51,841 bases of DNA, taken from IMG/VR virus record IMGVR_UViG_3300025875_000038, positions 1 to 51,841 of that record; one strand, given 5' to 3'. Origin of the DNA: a virus. Its lineage: Duplodnaviria; Caudoviricetes. The number at the start of each line of letters is the position of its first letter. Positions within the stretch are counted from its first letter, which is position 1. The notes under the pieces were generated by a model. That model was not told the origin of the DNA. It saw nothing but the letters and a program-made list of their open reading frames with translations, and did not search any database. The position numbers were made by a program, and so were the translations under genes. Positions 27,446 to 36,587 of the stretch are shown piece by piece.

Positions 27446-27856
27446 GTTTCCCTCCGCCGCCTTGGTTTCCTTGGCCAGTTTCTCGGCAACCTGATCGCCA
27501 GCCCACTCCACCGCACGCCGGAAGCCCTGGCCAATGCCGTGGTCATCGTCGGCGGTGAGGATGGCAAGCGCTGTCTGCTTGGCATAGGGGACGGCCTTGC
27601 CCTTACTCTCGATGCCCTTCCAGTCGAGCAGGATGTGTTCAGCAAGCGGCTTGCCGGCGGCAATCGTGAAGTCCACCAGTCCCTCATCGGTGTTGAGCTG
27701 CTTGGTGTTGCGGCGAGCAAGGCCAGCGGTAGCCACGCGGAACGGCTTGTAATTGGTGCTGCGCACCTTCAATTCCACGCCCGGCTGATCGGGAATGTCG
27801 CCAATCCAGTGGCCCCCAGTGAGGTCCACCTTCTTATCGATGTTGGAAATGTCCAT
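27443..27856 (-). CDS. Tail assembly chaperone (gpG-like)
   Basis: ILLDWKGI motif; ends EGN* over a slippery site. Confidence 0.8.
   Translation of the reverse strand: MDISNIDKKVDLTGGHWIGDIPDQPGVELKVRSTNYKPFRVATAGLARRNTKQLNTDEGLVDFTIAAGKPLAEHILLDWKGIESKGKAVPYAKQTALAILTADDDHGIGQGFRRAVEWAGDQVAEKLAKETKAAEGN
27446..27452 (-). other. -1 programmed frameshift heptamer GGGAAAC
   Basis: GAG GGA AAC TAA at the end of the chaperone gene. Confidence 0.8.
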
Positions 27857-27956
27857 GCTAGTCTCCGGGGTTTTTCGGGCTTCGGGTTTACGAAGGCGGC
27901 GGCCACCCGAACAAGCCGCCGCCCCGGTCTGAGCGCGTGGGGGGTTAGTTCGCGCC

Positions 27957-28670
27957 TCAAACCTCTACGATATTGGTGTTCACGGCGATGGACCATGTCC
28001 GCATCTGCGCGGTGTTCGCCTCGCCGCCAGTGCGCGCGCCCGGCATAACCATGGCAACAAACATATCAGTTTGACCGGCAGGCTGCGCGGTGGCGGTGAT
28101 GCGCGTGGCAGTGCCAGCGCCCGTCGCAACGATGGGCGCGCCGCCGGGGGTGGCGGCAAGCGAGAACTCCAGCACGGTCGGGTCCACGATGTAATAGGCG
28201 GTGTCCGCGCTCAGTCCGGTCGGCAAGGTGCCATCCTCGGGCGTAAACACAACCGGCGAGCCGGGCTCCAGTCCGTGGCCGCCGGGCCAAGTAACGCGGC
28301 TATCGGCAGAAATGGTCACATCGCCTTCATCTACGCAGCCCGCGCCCCACTCGATGCGGAAGGCATAGGAGCCGCAACTATCAATGGCTTGCCGCATACG
28401 GATCTGGCCAGCGTCGGAAATCATCGGCAGGAAGGTGTTTTCCATGTTGCCGGCGTCGCGCGTGCCCTTCAGCTTCAGGACGCGGCCACGGTTGATGACC
28501 GACTGCGAGATGATTTCCTGCGTGTCGCCAAGCGCGCCAGCAGAGGTCCACCCGTTAACTTCGGTCCAGTCGAAGCCAGCGAAGTAGGTGAGGTCGATGT
28601 CCTGATCAGGCACAACCACTTTGGGGCCGATGTAGAGCTTGGAACCAGCAACAGAAATCAGATTGGCCAT
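27957..28670 (-). CDS. Major tail tube protein with an internal insertion domain
   Basis: GALGDT...RVLKLKGTRDAGNM, DAGQ..., terminal IAVNTNIVEV. Confidence 0.82.
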   Translation of the reverse strand: MANLISVAGSKLYIGPKVVVPDQDIDLTYFAGFDWTEVNGWTSAGALGDTQEIISQSVINRGRVLKLKGTRDAGNMENTFLPMISDAGQIRMRQAIDSCGSYAFRIEWGAGCVDEGDVTISADSRVTWPGGHGLEPGSPVVFTPEDGTLPTGLSADTAYYIVDPTVLEFSLAATPGGAPIVATGAGTATRITATAQPAGQTDMFVAMVMPGARTGGEANTAQMRTWSIAVNTNIVEV

Positions 28671-28719
28671 GGAAAAACTCCCGCTGAGCCCCCGCGCTAG
28701 GGGTTGTCATGACGGGCGC

Positions 28720-28748
28720 ACAATACCGCTTTTGCGGGCAAAGTGCAA
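28720..28748 (-). promoter_or_regulatory. sigma70-like promoter for the tail operon
   Basis: TTGCAC-17 nt-TATTGT. Confidence 0.5.
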
Positions 28749-28749
28749 T

Positions 28750-29196
28750 TCAGGCGTTTGCCCACCGCACGCGCACGATAAGCACGCGGTCCACGCCCTC
28801 CCTGTATGGCTGGTCTGCGTCCGCGTCTTGCGTCACCCGTAGGCACGTACTGCCGTATTTCATGCGCGTGTCTGCCGGGAAGTGCGCGGCGATCTTGCCA
28901 GCCATCTCCACAAGCTGCGTATAGGTGGCGGGGCGCGCAACCGGGTAGTGCAGCGCCAGCATGAGCGTGCCGCTGCGGATGTGCAGCACGCCCCGCACCT
29001 TCCCGTTACCACTGATGCCGATGCGCTGATGCTCATTGCGCACATCGCTCACCAGCACGTAAGGCAAGGGGCCGATTTCATCATGGGGCGGTTCAACCGT
29101 AACGTCCGGCTCGTACACCTCCCAATCCGCCGGGATGGGGAGTGTATCGATACGGCTCTTGAGCGCCAGCCAAGTCTCGGTTTCAGGAGTCGGCAT
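28750..29196 (-). CDS. Tail terminator-like protein
   Basis: Position before the tube gene; AGKIAAHFP motif. Confidence 0.7.
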   Translation of the reverse strand: MPTPETETWLALKSRIDTLPIPADWEVYEPDVTVEPPHDEIGPLPYVLVSDVRNEHQRIGISGNGKVRGVLHIRSGTLMLALHYPVARPATYTQLVEMAGKIAAHFPADTRMKYGSTCLRVTQDADADQPYREGVDRVLIVRVRWANA

Positions 29197-29353
29197 TGGT
29201 GACAATCTCCCGGAGGTACGCAATCAGCCCGCGCACATCATCCGCACTTAGATAGGCGTCCTCCTCGCCAACGCTAAAAAACAGGTCGCCGTCTTTGTCG
29301 AACTTTTCCGCGACCAACAAGCGGCCATAATCGTGCCCGAACTCTCCATCCAT
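29183..29353 (-). CDS. Small acidic hypothetical protein (56 aa)
   Basis: Manual translation MDGEFGHDYGRLL...; RBS gaagg. Confidence 0.5.
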   Translation of the reverse strand: MDGEFGHDYGRLLVAEKFDKDGDLFFSVGEEDAYLSADDVRGLIAYLREIVTNADS

Positions 29354-29827
29354 TTACCTTCTCCCCACTGAGGTTGACGAAACAGCCCCGCCATTCACCC
29401 TCATGTCAATTACAACGCGCGTGACGATTTGCGGCCACTTTGCGGCGGCGCGCTCGACAAAGCCGAAGCCGGCTTGATTGTAGGTGCGGCCCAAGCTGTC
29501 CTGCCCGACGAAACCGTAATTCATGCGCCGCGCATAGTTCGCTTGGTAGCCGAGAAACAGGGTGTCCCCAGGCTGGAGGCTCAAGAGCACCGGGCCAATG
29601 TCGAAGCCCGCGAACCGCACACCGGGCGCGCCCTGCCGTGGCGGAGCGCCCTTCTGGGCCAGCAACGAGCGGGCGAGGTTGCCGGTTTTGACCGGCACGT
29701 TGCCACCGTTAGCTCGGGTCCGCGTCATCTCGTTGGCGAGTTCTTGCCCGCTTGCGCGAAACACGGCGAGAAGCCGTTCCTTCGTCTCCCTCGCCCATTG
29801 CCCGGGGTCCGTCCCCGTCCATGCCAT
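29354..29827 (-). CDS. HK97 gp10-like neck/tail-completion protein
   Basis: PVKTGNLARS, ANYARRMNYG. Confidence 0.8.
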   Translation of the reverse strand: MAWTGTDPGQWARETKERLLAVFRASGQELANEMTRTRANGGNVPVKTGNLARSLLAQKGAPPRQGAPGVRFAGFDIGPVLLSLQPGDTLFLGYQANYARRMNYGFVGQDSLGRTYNQAGFGFVERAAAKWPQIVTRVVIDMRVNGGAVSSTSVGRR

Positions 29828-29963
29828 CTTCGGTCTCCATGGCCCGCAGGCCGGTCATCTCCGCCACGCCTGTGACGGCGTGATTCGCGGCTTGGGCAAG
29901 GTGGCCCGCCATGATCGCATCGCGTAGTTTACGGCGGCGATCCTCGCAATTCTTACAAGCCAT
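29709..29963 (-). CDS. Small hypothetical protein (MACKNCEDRRRK...)
   Basis: CxxC N-terminus; overlaps the next gene. Confidence 0.45.
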   Translation of the reverse strand: MACKNCEDRRRKLRDAIMAGHLAQAANHAVTGVAEMTGLRAMETEDGMDGDGPRAMGEGDEGTASRRVSRKRARTRQRDDADPS

Positions 29964-30207
29964 CAGGGGATCCCCTGCCAGCAAGGCGTCTCAGCTTCTC
30001 CGCGCGAGCAAGGAACGCTAGATAGTCCTCGGCATCGATTATGGGCTCACGATTTAGCACCTTATGGATGTGGTCCACCATGCTCTCGACTTGCTCTTCT
30101 GGAACAAGGAAATGACCTTCTGGCGTCTCGATGGCCAAGCATCCCACAGAATCGATCTCGCAACCTATAGAGAATGGACCAAACCTTTTAACCATCTCGG
30201 TCATCAC
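29953..30207 (-). CDS. Hypothetical protein
   Basis: Coupled to the upstream gene. Confidence 0.55.
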   Translation of the reverse strand: MMTEMVKRFGPFSIGCEIDSVGCLAIETPEGHFLVPEEQVESMVDHIHKVLNREPIIDAEDYLAFLARAEKLRRLAGRGSPDGL

Positions 30208-31235
30208 AGAACTCCTCTGGTGAAGTCGATCTCAAACCGCGTGTCACAGCGGCAATTGATGTTGTGCCTAGCACCCCCGGATGGGTCGTGTGCGTGCTGC
30301 ATCAATGTGCCATCCGGCAGGCGGAAAGGCGTCTCCAATCCTACCACCTTTTCGCCGTTCATCAACATATGCTGTAGCCGCGCGTCGTCATCGCCCGCGC
30401 CGCTATGCACCCAAACCTTTGTGATGGCGTCGGCGGCGAGACCTTCCTTATCGATGGCCTGCCGGTAGCTTTCCGCTCGCGCACCCATCACGCCCTGCGC
30501 GGTTTCCGTGCGCGCGATATCTTCGGCGCGGCGGCGCAACAAGCGGTCGGCATATCGCGCGGTCATCTTCTCGACCACCGCGCGCGGGACGGGGCGACCT
30601 TCCTCAATCGCCTTGACGATGGCTGTGTCAAACCGCTTGTCCCGCAACGTCATGCCAGCCAACACCTTGCGCATCTGTCTAGGGTCGCCGCTAAGGAGCC
30701 TTTCGCGCATGGACTGCACATAGCCCGCCTGCGGGTCCGAAAGGCCCACAATGCCGCCCTGCCGCCGCCATGTGACCCGATCTATGCGCCCAGCTATCTC
30801 GACAGCGATGTTCTGCGGCCCGTCGCCGCGCGAATAGCCCTCGCTGATGACGCGGCGCGCGATTTCGGTCTGCTCTTGCGTGTATCCCGCGATGCGATCG
30901 CCCGCCAATTCACGGATGCGCCGATCCGCGCGCGGGTTGGCCATGTCGAAACGGAATGTGGATGCAAGCGCCGAAGCCGTGGGGATCATCGAAGCGAACA
31001 GTTGCCCCGCTTGCGCAAAGCCGCTGATATGCGCGGTGAGGTAGGTGTTGAACACGGCGGGCTCGATATTGAGTGCGCGGATCGCCGCATCCACATCGCC
31101 ACGGCTTAGCGCCGCAATGAGGCCCTGCCGGTCTATGCCGTCGCGCAAGTCCTGCATGGCAGCACGGAAGGCGTCCCGAAGCGCGGGCTCCAGCTTGGCA
31201 ATGAGTTCAGCTAGTGCGCGCGCTTCGGTGGCCAT
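30204..31235 (-). CDS. Head morphogenesis protein (Mu gpF/SPP1 gp7-like)
   Basis: RAEDIARTET, KVW..., R..H..MNG, INCRC. Confidence 0.85.
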   Translation of the reverse strand: MATEARALAELIAKLEPALRDAFRAAMQDLRDGIDRQGLIAALSRGDVDAAIRALNIEPAVFNTYLTAHISGFAQAGQLFASMIPTASALASTFRFDMANPRADRRIRELAGDRIAGYTQEQTEIARRVISEGYSRGDGPQNIAVEIAGRIDRVTWRRQGGIVGLSDPQAGYVQSMRERLLSGDPRQMRKVLAGMTLRDKRFDTAIVKAIEEGRPVPRAVVEKMTARYADRLLRRRAEDIARTETAQGVMGARAESYRQAIDKEGLAADAITKVWVHSGAGDDDARLQHMLMNGEKVVGLETPFRLPDGTLMQHAHDPSGGARHNINCRCDTRFEIDFTRGVL

Positions 31236-31649
31236 TTAATACCGCTTCCCGCCATCCGCGCGGTTGGCAAGCTTGTGATCCGCGCGCTCGCGGTTGTAGC
31301 GGTTCTTTTCGATCAGCGCGCCCGCAACGTCCAGGCCAAGGGCCGCCGCCGTGTCGAGAATACGGATAATGCAATCCGCGAACTCAACCTCTCGGCCGTC
31401 GCGGTGCGGCAACTTGTCGTCCTTGAGGCCCTTGCGGTCGGCCTCTAGCGCCTCGGATAGTTCTGAGTGCATGAGGGCCACCACCTCGCCAAAGTTGCGC
31501 TCGATGGTCTCGCCGGTTTCCGGGTTGCGATACCACCCCGCCTCGGTGGCGGTCTGGTGGGCGAGCAGCATGGCTTGGAAGATGCCGCGATAAGCGTCGG
31601 CTTCCATGCTGTCCATGTTTTCGGGTTTGGGGTTGAATGTGTCGGCCAT
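31236..31649 (-). CDS. MazG-like NTP pyrophosphohydrolase
   Basis: ALMHSELSEALEADRK...EFADCIIRILD...KNRYNRER; start MADTFN with RBS ggagg. Confidence 0.8.
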   Translation of the reverse strand: MADTFNPKPENMDSMEADAYRGIFQAMLLAHQTATEAGWYRNPETGETIERNFGEVVALMHSELSEALEADRKGLKDDKLPHRDGREVEFADCIIRILDTAAALGLDVAGALIEKNRYNRERADHKLANRADGGKRY

Positions 31650-31681
31650 CGGGTTCCTCCTAAGTGTGGAGCCTCCCCCAT

Positions 31682-31705
31682 GCCACACCAATATGTGCCC
31701 CGCAA
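31682..31705 (-). promoter_or_regulatory. Operator-like palindrome plus -35 upstream of the MazG-like gene
   Basis: Minus strand TTGCGG-gg-CACA-tattgg-TGTGGC. Confidence 0.65.
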
Positions 31706-31708
31706 GGG

Positions 31709-32104
31709 CTAACCGCGCACGATAAACCGAATTGCGCAAACGGTGCCAACGGGCGGGATGTTGTCCACGCGCAGCACCGTCACCGGCATGCCGTCGATCT
31801 CCAACACATCGGTGGGTCGGTACTCGCCGGACCATGGCGCGGACAGCACCTCCTGATCGGTGGTCATCACATGCACGCCGGGCGCGACAGTTGACCCCAC
31901 CAAGCCAGCAGAGACGCCTCGCGATACGGCATCCAGCACCGTCACGTCACGTTCTGGCGGCTCCGGGGCATCCCATGGATTTGACGCGGCATCCACCACC
32001 TCCGCGTAACGGACAAGCTGGATCACCCCCTGACCGAAGCCACCAGCGCTTGCCGGGCGCAGCAGGCGCTTGGTGGTGGCGGCCATGCGGTCATAAATGC
32101 TCAT
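31709..32104 (-). CDS. Head-closure / head-tail joining protein
   Basis: YDRMAATTKRLL...FGQG, D.LEIDG, terminal VRG; TGATG coupling. Confidence 0.7.
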   Translation of the reverse strand: MSIYDRMAATTKRLLRPASAGGFGQGVIQLVRYAEVVDAASNPWDAPEPPERDVTVLDAVSRGVSAGLVGSTVAPGVHVMTTDQEVLSAPWSGEYRPTDVLEIDGMPVTVLRVDNIPPVGTVCAIRFIVRG

Positions 32105-35100
32105 CAGATCCACTCGCCCCCGGAAACAGGCTCGATAACCGTGCCAGTCCTCGGCGTGCCGCCCGGCGCGACAAAGGGTGGGCCTTCGGCATAAAGCTTC
32201 CATGGAAGCGAGCCACGGTTGACGCCGGCAACGCTGTTGTACTGCGCCGCGTTGCCGACCACGAACACCTCGGGCCTCTTGCCAGTGATGCCGTCGCCAA
32301 GGGTGCCCACCCGCAGCGAACCGTTCGGCAGCACTTCGCGGAACAGCTCCGGATTAGTGACGCGCTCGTTGGTGCTCATCCACAGCCCACCCATCTCGCC
32401 ATTGAATCCGCTACCGAGCCCGATGTTGGAATCCCTGTTCCAGTTCAGCGACACGCCTGGAGCGCCCCTCCATTCGACCGGGCTAGCCTTCTTGCTGGCG
32501 AACGCCCCGCCGTTCTCGCTGATGAGGATGTCGTGCCCTGTCCCGGCGCTGGGGTCTTCGATATCCCAGTGGAACAGGATATCCAGCACCTTGGGGCTTG
32601 CTGTCGTGCTGACAGGCAACGCACCAGTCCTGATGCGGGCGATCATCGAATTGGTGGCCACATCTCGCAGCGTCATCCGCAGGTGCCCATCCGTGTAGAG
32701 GTGGACGGTGAAGCCGTTCAGACTGCCGAACCAGAGAATGTTGGATGAAGGACGCGAAAGGATGCGCAGCTTGGAGATATACAGCGAGCCGCGCGGCGCA
32801 TTTGGTCCCCAACGCCTGTCCTTGCCGCTGCTAAGCTTGTCTGGGGTAGATCCGTCGAAGCGCACAACCGGATAGGTCGGATTTATGCCCCCGATCTTCT
32901 CCGTCAGGTTGGTAGCAGCAAGGTTGCTGAAAGCCGCGACATTGACATGGTGCACCGCGCTCCGCAGCTTGTTCGTGCCAGAGCCGCCCGCGTAGCTGAT
33001 GGTGGCGGTAGCCTTGGAATCATACTTCTGAGGCAGCTTCAGACCGGCATTCTCGCGGAAAATGCCGTGGATGGCGGTCTTGTCGGTTTGCCTCTGCGGT
33101 GGCTTGGACACAGGAGCTGGCGGGATGGTTACAGGGACCACGGTGCCATTCACGCGCACAGTCCAGTTGGATGCCGGAACCGAAACAAGCTCCACCAGTG
33201 GCTTGTTGAAAGTCACCCAGATGAAATCATCCTTGATGTAGGCGGCGACCGGAACTGGCGGAGCGGGATCGTTGGGCCAGACAGCCTCGAACATTGCAGC
33301 GCGGTAGGTGTTTACGCGCTCGCTTTCTCCCGAGTTGGAGCCCCAACGGATCGTGCCGTCGCCGGGATAGGGGAATGTCTGCCACAACTCGCGGAAAGCG
33401 CGGTAATAGCGGAAAAAGCCAGGATGGTTCCACAGCGCTTCCCCACCCTGCGTAGCCATCACCGAAATGACCGCGCCCATGCCATTCACCGCGTTGATGT
33501 CGCGATAAGACAGGCTCAGGTTGCTGCCGTAATTCTCGATGGTATAGGCGTCGGCGTTGCCATCGTTGGTCCCGATGAACCATGTAAGATAAGGGTCTTG
33601 CGGACGGGGCGGCGGCTGCGTGTCTTGCTGGAAGATGCCCCCGATATCCACCACCTTTTGAGTGACCAAGTGGACCATGATGTCCTCGGGGTAGACCGGA
33701 TTTTGCCCATAATCGGCAACGGACTTCATCTCCGCAAGCTTGGCCTGCGCGCCCGGCAGGGTGTTCGCGTTATTCAGCGCGCGGCAGCAAAGAACCAATG
33801 CGGCATGGCGGTAGGACGCGCCGTTACCGCCGCGCAGGCCGCCACCCGTCCCCTCGCCGGGATAACCGCCCTCCATGGTGCGCTCATGGCTATCAATAGC
33901 CACTGCCCATATCGCGTTTAGAAACGCAATCTTCTCCGCCGGCGTATAATTGAAGTGCAGGGCGATGGCGATGTCGCCAAAATTCTGCGCCACCTCACGC
34001 GGATAGCCTGAATGCCCATTGTTCCACATGCCCAGCACGGGCGCGTTCAGCGTGTCGGTGCTTTGGATCGGCCAAGGGCTTTGCACCTTCTTGAGGATGG
34101 TTTGGGCGCTTTCTGCACCCGGAACCTTCGGCAAGTTCCTGAACACGCTTATGTCCCAATCGTCTTGCGTGAAATAGGATGTCTTGTCGCTTGCGGCCAC
34201 GCCGGGGCGTAGCGCGCGCGGATGCGGGGCGACATCCACAACGGTTAGGAGCGAGCCCCTTTCGCCGCCGGGACGCAACTGCTCATTAACCCGCTGACGG
34301 CCATTGCGACCATCGCGCGAGATGAACTTGAAAACGCTGCCCCGGTCAAGATTGAGCGGCCCGCCCAATGCTCCGGGGTCTTGGTTCAGCGTGTGCGAAT
34401 AATCAGGGCTATCGAGATTTGTCGTGGGGGGCACACCCATCATGCCCTGAACGGCAATATCCTGATTGCCCGCCCGCGTGCCGCCTCTGTGGCGGCGGTT
34501 TCCCGGATCTACTTCGGTGCCATGAACCCACCTGTTCGTATAGGTCCGACCACTGCTATAAGTGCCGCTGTGCTGCTCGCTCACTGGCCCGATGGATGTG
34601 ATGGAGACAGGCCCTACCACCCATGGTTCGCCGTTTGCATAGGTGCCCGTGGGCTCTGCTTGGGCAAAGGTGAAAGTCGCGTCCTGATGTGCGATGCTGG
34701 TGGCGGTGTTCACCACGGCTGGGGCAACCAATGTCTCAAAGACGTAATCGTCGTCTTCTTGGTTGGCGGCATCGACAGCGTAAACATAGCCCGTGACTAC
34801 GTCGCCTTCAGCCCAGATGGCTGGATCAAGGAATAGCTGAGCGCCCGACAGACCGGGATTGACGATTCTCTCGTTCGCCCCATTCTTTTGCCAGAAGATA
34901 TAGATGTCCTCCGGTGCCACCGTGCCCGACAGGTCATAGAGCAACGTGATGGTCTCTCCGGGCGCAAAAGTGCCTTCCATCCGCAAGTTGCTGATGACCG
35001 GCGGCGGCGGAGGAGGAGGTGGCGGTGTGGGCGTTGCACTGTCGTTGCTGTAAATCCCGCCAAAGCGCGACTGCGTGCCGCTCATTTTGAGCCCGACCGG

Positions 35101-36546
35101 GTTAAGCATGTCGACGCGGAATTGTTCGTAATCCTCCACCAGCGGGTCATCGACCGCCGTGAAGATGTGGTATTTGGTCGTGGGGCCGCCTACCTCGAAC
35201 GGGATAACTACGGTGTGCTCGCCACCCACCACATCCTCGGCCTGCATGGGGTTGCTGGAATAAGGCGGGATCGCAATGCGAGTGCTGATCGAAACCGTGC
35301 CGTCGCGCGGATCGACCGGGCGGCTGATAGTGAAGCGCGCCCGCGCATGGGAATCGGTGGCAGGGTCTCCATCCGGGCCGCCCTCGCGCATCACCGTATC
35401 CACCAGATCATAGGTGACAAGGATTTCAGGCAGAGCGGTCTTGTTCAATCCGGCCAAGCCGGCGAAGGCCGCCAAGCGCTCGCCATTGGCATCCGCCAGA
35501 AACGCAGTCCCGGTGGGCGCATGACTGATCGTGAATGCCTCGTCGGCCACCAGTGCCTGCGGAAATTGCAGGTTGATGCCGGTTGGATCGATGCTGAGCG
35601 TCAGCCCCGTGGCCGCGATGGGTGCGCCAAGGCGGGCCACTGTCATGGTGAAAGTGGCCGCAACGGCAACGGGATCAGCGGGCAGGATTACCCGCTTGCT
35701 TAGCGGGATGGTGACGGTCTGCGCGTTGCCAGTGATAGTGCCCTGCACAACGGGCGGCTGCTTAATAAAGGAAACGCTGGTGGTGACAGGGGCGCTTGTG
35801 CCGCCGGGGCCAGTGGCAATGGCCTCGACGTTGATCGCCTGCCCGTGGGAGAGGCCAGTGGGGGTGAACTTGTTGCTGGTGCTTAGGTCGGGACCATCGG
35901 TCCACCAGCGATAGGACACTGTGCCCGTGCCGTTAAACTTCGCGACGGCAGTAAGTTCCCGCCCCTCAATTGCAGGGCCGCCCTGGATCTCAATGCTCGT
36001 AATCTCGGGCGCAGCCTGAGCTGAGACAATGTCGATCTCGACCACCCATTCAGTGACATTGCCCCAACTGTCAGTGGCGTAGAAAGACCAAGCGCGCGTG
36101 GCATCCGCCGCATCGTAAGCGGGGACGGTGTATGAGCCGATGCCAGTGGCAGGATCAAGTGAGCCGCTATAGGAATGCGAAGCGGACCAAGTAACCTGCT
36201 CATTCGCAGACAGGTCGAAGTTGATGACAGAGCCCTCGGTGTACGCCGCCGATAGGCTGGGGGTTGTCACTTCTGGGGGCGTGTCATCAACGGGAATTGG
36301 ATCATAGTCCCCTTCATCGCCGAAAACGCCCGTGCTTACGGTGAGGCCCATGCCGCTGCCGCGCACACTTGCCATGGTGCCGGGCGGAATGACTGCCGCA
36401 CGGATGCCGAAAAGCCCCATGCTGATAGCGAAGTCGCTCCCCATGCTGAGAAGCCCGGTCCCGCTCGTCACCCGCAGAATGGTCTTGTGCGCTTGGGTTC
36501 CGTCCAAAATGACGGTCTCTTCGTTATTTTCGATAACAGTGCGCAT
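32104..36546 (-). CDS. Giant 1480-aa putative virion appendage (shared N-domain, Ig/PKD-like, 2x SwmB-like, Calx-beta-like, poly-Pro, unknown central domain)
   Basis: SwmB-like VTFNKPL...WTVRVNG...TISY...AAFSNLAATN; Calx-beta-like REG...DDPLVEDYEQFRV...IYSND; PTPPPPPPPPP. Confidence 0.75.
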   Translation of the reverse strand: MRTVIENNEETVILDGTQAHKTILRVTSGTGLLSMGSDFAISMGLFGIRAAVIPPGTMASVRGSGMGLTVSTGVFGDEGDYDPIPVDDTPPEVTTPSLSAAYTEGSVINFDLSANEQVTWSASHSYSGSLDPATGIGSYTVPAYDAADATRAWSFYATDSWGNVTEWVVEIDIVSAQAAPEITSIEIQGGPAIEGRELTAVAKFNGTGTVSYRWWTDGPDLSTSNKFTPTGLSHGQAINVEAIATGPGGTSAPVTTSVSFIKQPPVVQGTITGNAQTVTIPLSKRVILPADPVAVAATFTMTVARLGAPIAATGLTLSIDPTGINLQFPQALVADEAFTISHAPTGTAFLADANGERLAAFAGLAGLNKTALPEILVTYDLVDTVMREGGPDGDPATDSHARARFTISRPVDPRDGTVSISTRIAIPPYSSNPMQAEDVVGGEHTVVIPFEVGGPTTKYHIFTAVDDPLVEDYEQFRVDMLNPVGLKMSGTQSRFGGIYSNDSATPTPPPPPPPPPVISNLRMEGTFAPGETITLLYDLSGTVAPEDIYIFWQKNGANERIVNPGLSGAQLFLDPAIWAEGDVVTGYVYAVDAANQEDDDYVFETLVAPAVVNTATSIAHQDATFTFAQAEPTGTYANGEPWVVGPVSITSIGPVSEQHSGTYSSGRTYTNRWVHGTEVDPGNRRHRGGTRAGNQDIAVQGMMGVPPTTNLDSPDYSHTLNQDPGALGGPLNLDRGSVFKFISRDGRNGRQRVNEQLRPGGERGSLLTVVDVAPHPRALRPGVAASDKTSYFTQDDWDISVFRNLPKVPGAESAQTILKKVQSPWPIQSTDTLNAPVLGMWNNGHSGYPREVAQNFGDIAIALHFNYTPAEKIAFLNAIWAVAIDSHERTMEGGYPGEGTGGGLRGGNGASYRHAALVLCCRALNNANTLPGAQAKLAEMKSVADYGQNPVYPEDIMVHLVTQKVVDIGGIFQQDTQPPPRPQDPYLTWFIGTNDGNADAYTIENYGSNLSLSYRDINAVNGMGAVISVMATQGGEALWNHPGFFRYYRAFRELWQTFPYPGDGTIRWGSNSGESERVNTYRAAMFEAVWPNDPAPPVPVAAYIKDDFIWVTFNKPLVELVSVPASNWTVRVNGTVVPVTIPPAPVSKPPQRQTDKTAIHGIFRENAGLKLPQKYDSKATATISYAGGSGTNKLRSAVHHVNVAAFSNLAATNLTEKIGGINPTYPVVRFDGSTPDKLSSGKDRRWGPNAPRGSLYISKLRILSRPSSNILWFGSLNGFTVHLYTDGHLRMTLRDVATNSMIARIRTGALPVSTTASPKVLDILFHWDIEDPSAGTGHDILISENGGAFASKKASPVEWRGAPGVSLNWNRDSNIGLGSGFNGEMGGLWMSTNERVTNPELFREVLPNGSLRVGTLGDGITGKRPEVFVVGNAAQYNSVAGVNRGSLPWKLYAEGPPFVAPGGTPRTGTVIEPVSGGEWI

Positions 36547-36587
36547 TTGTCAGGCCCCTTGGGAATATTCGATCAGAAAACCGAGGC

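Noticed and set aside
27072-27856. Tail chaperone -1 frameshift as a novelty
   Set aside because: Real, but a standard feature of long-tailed phages.
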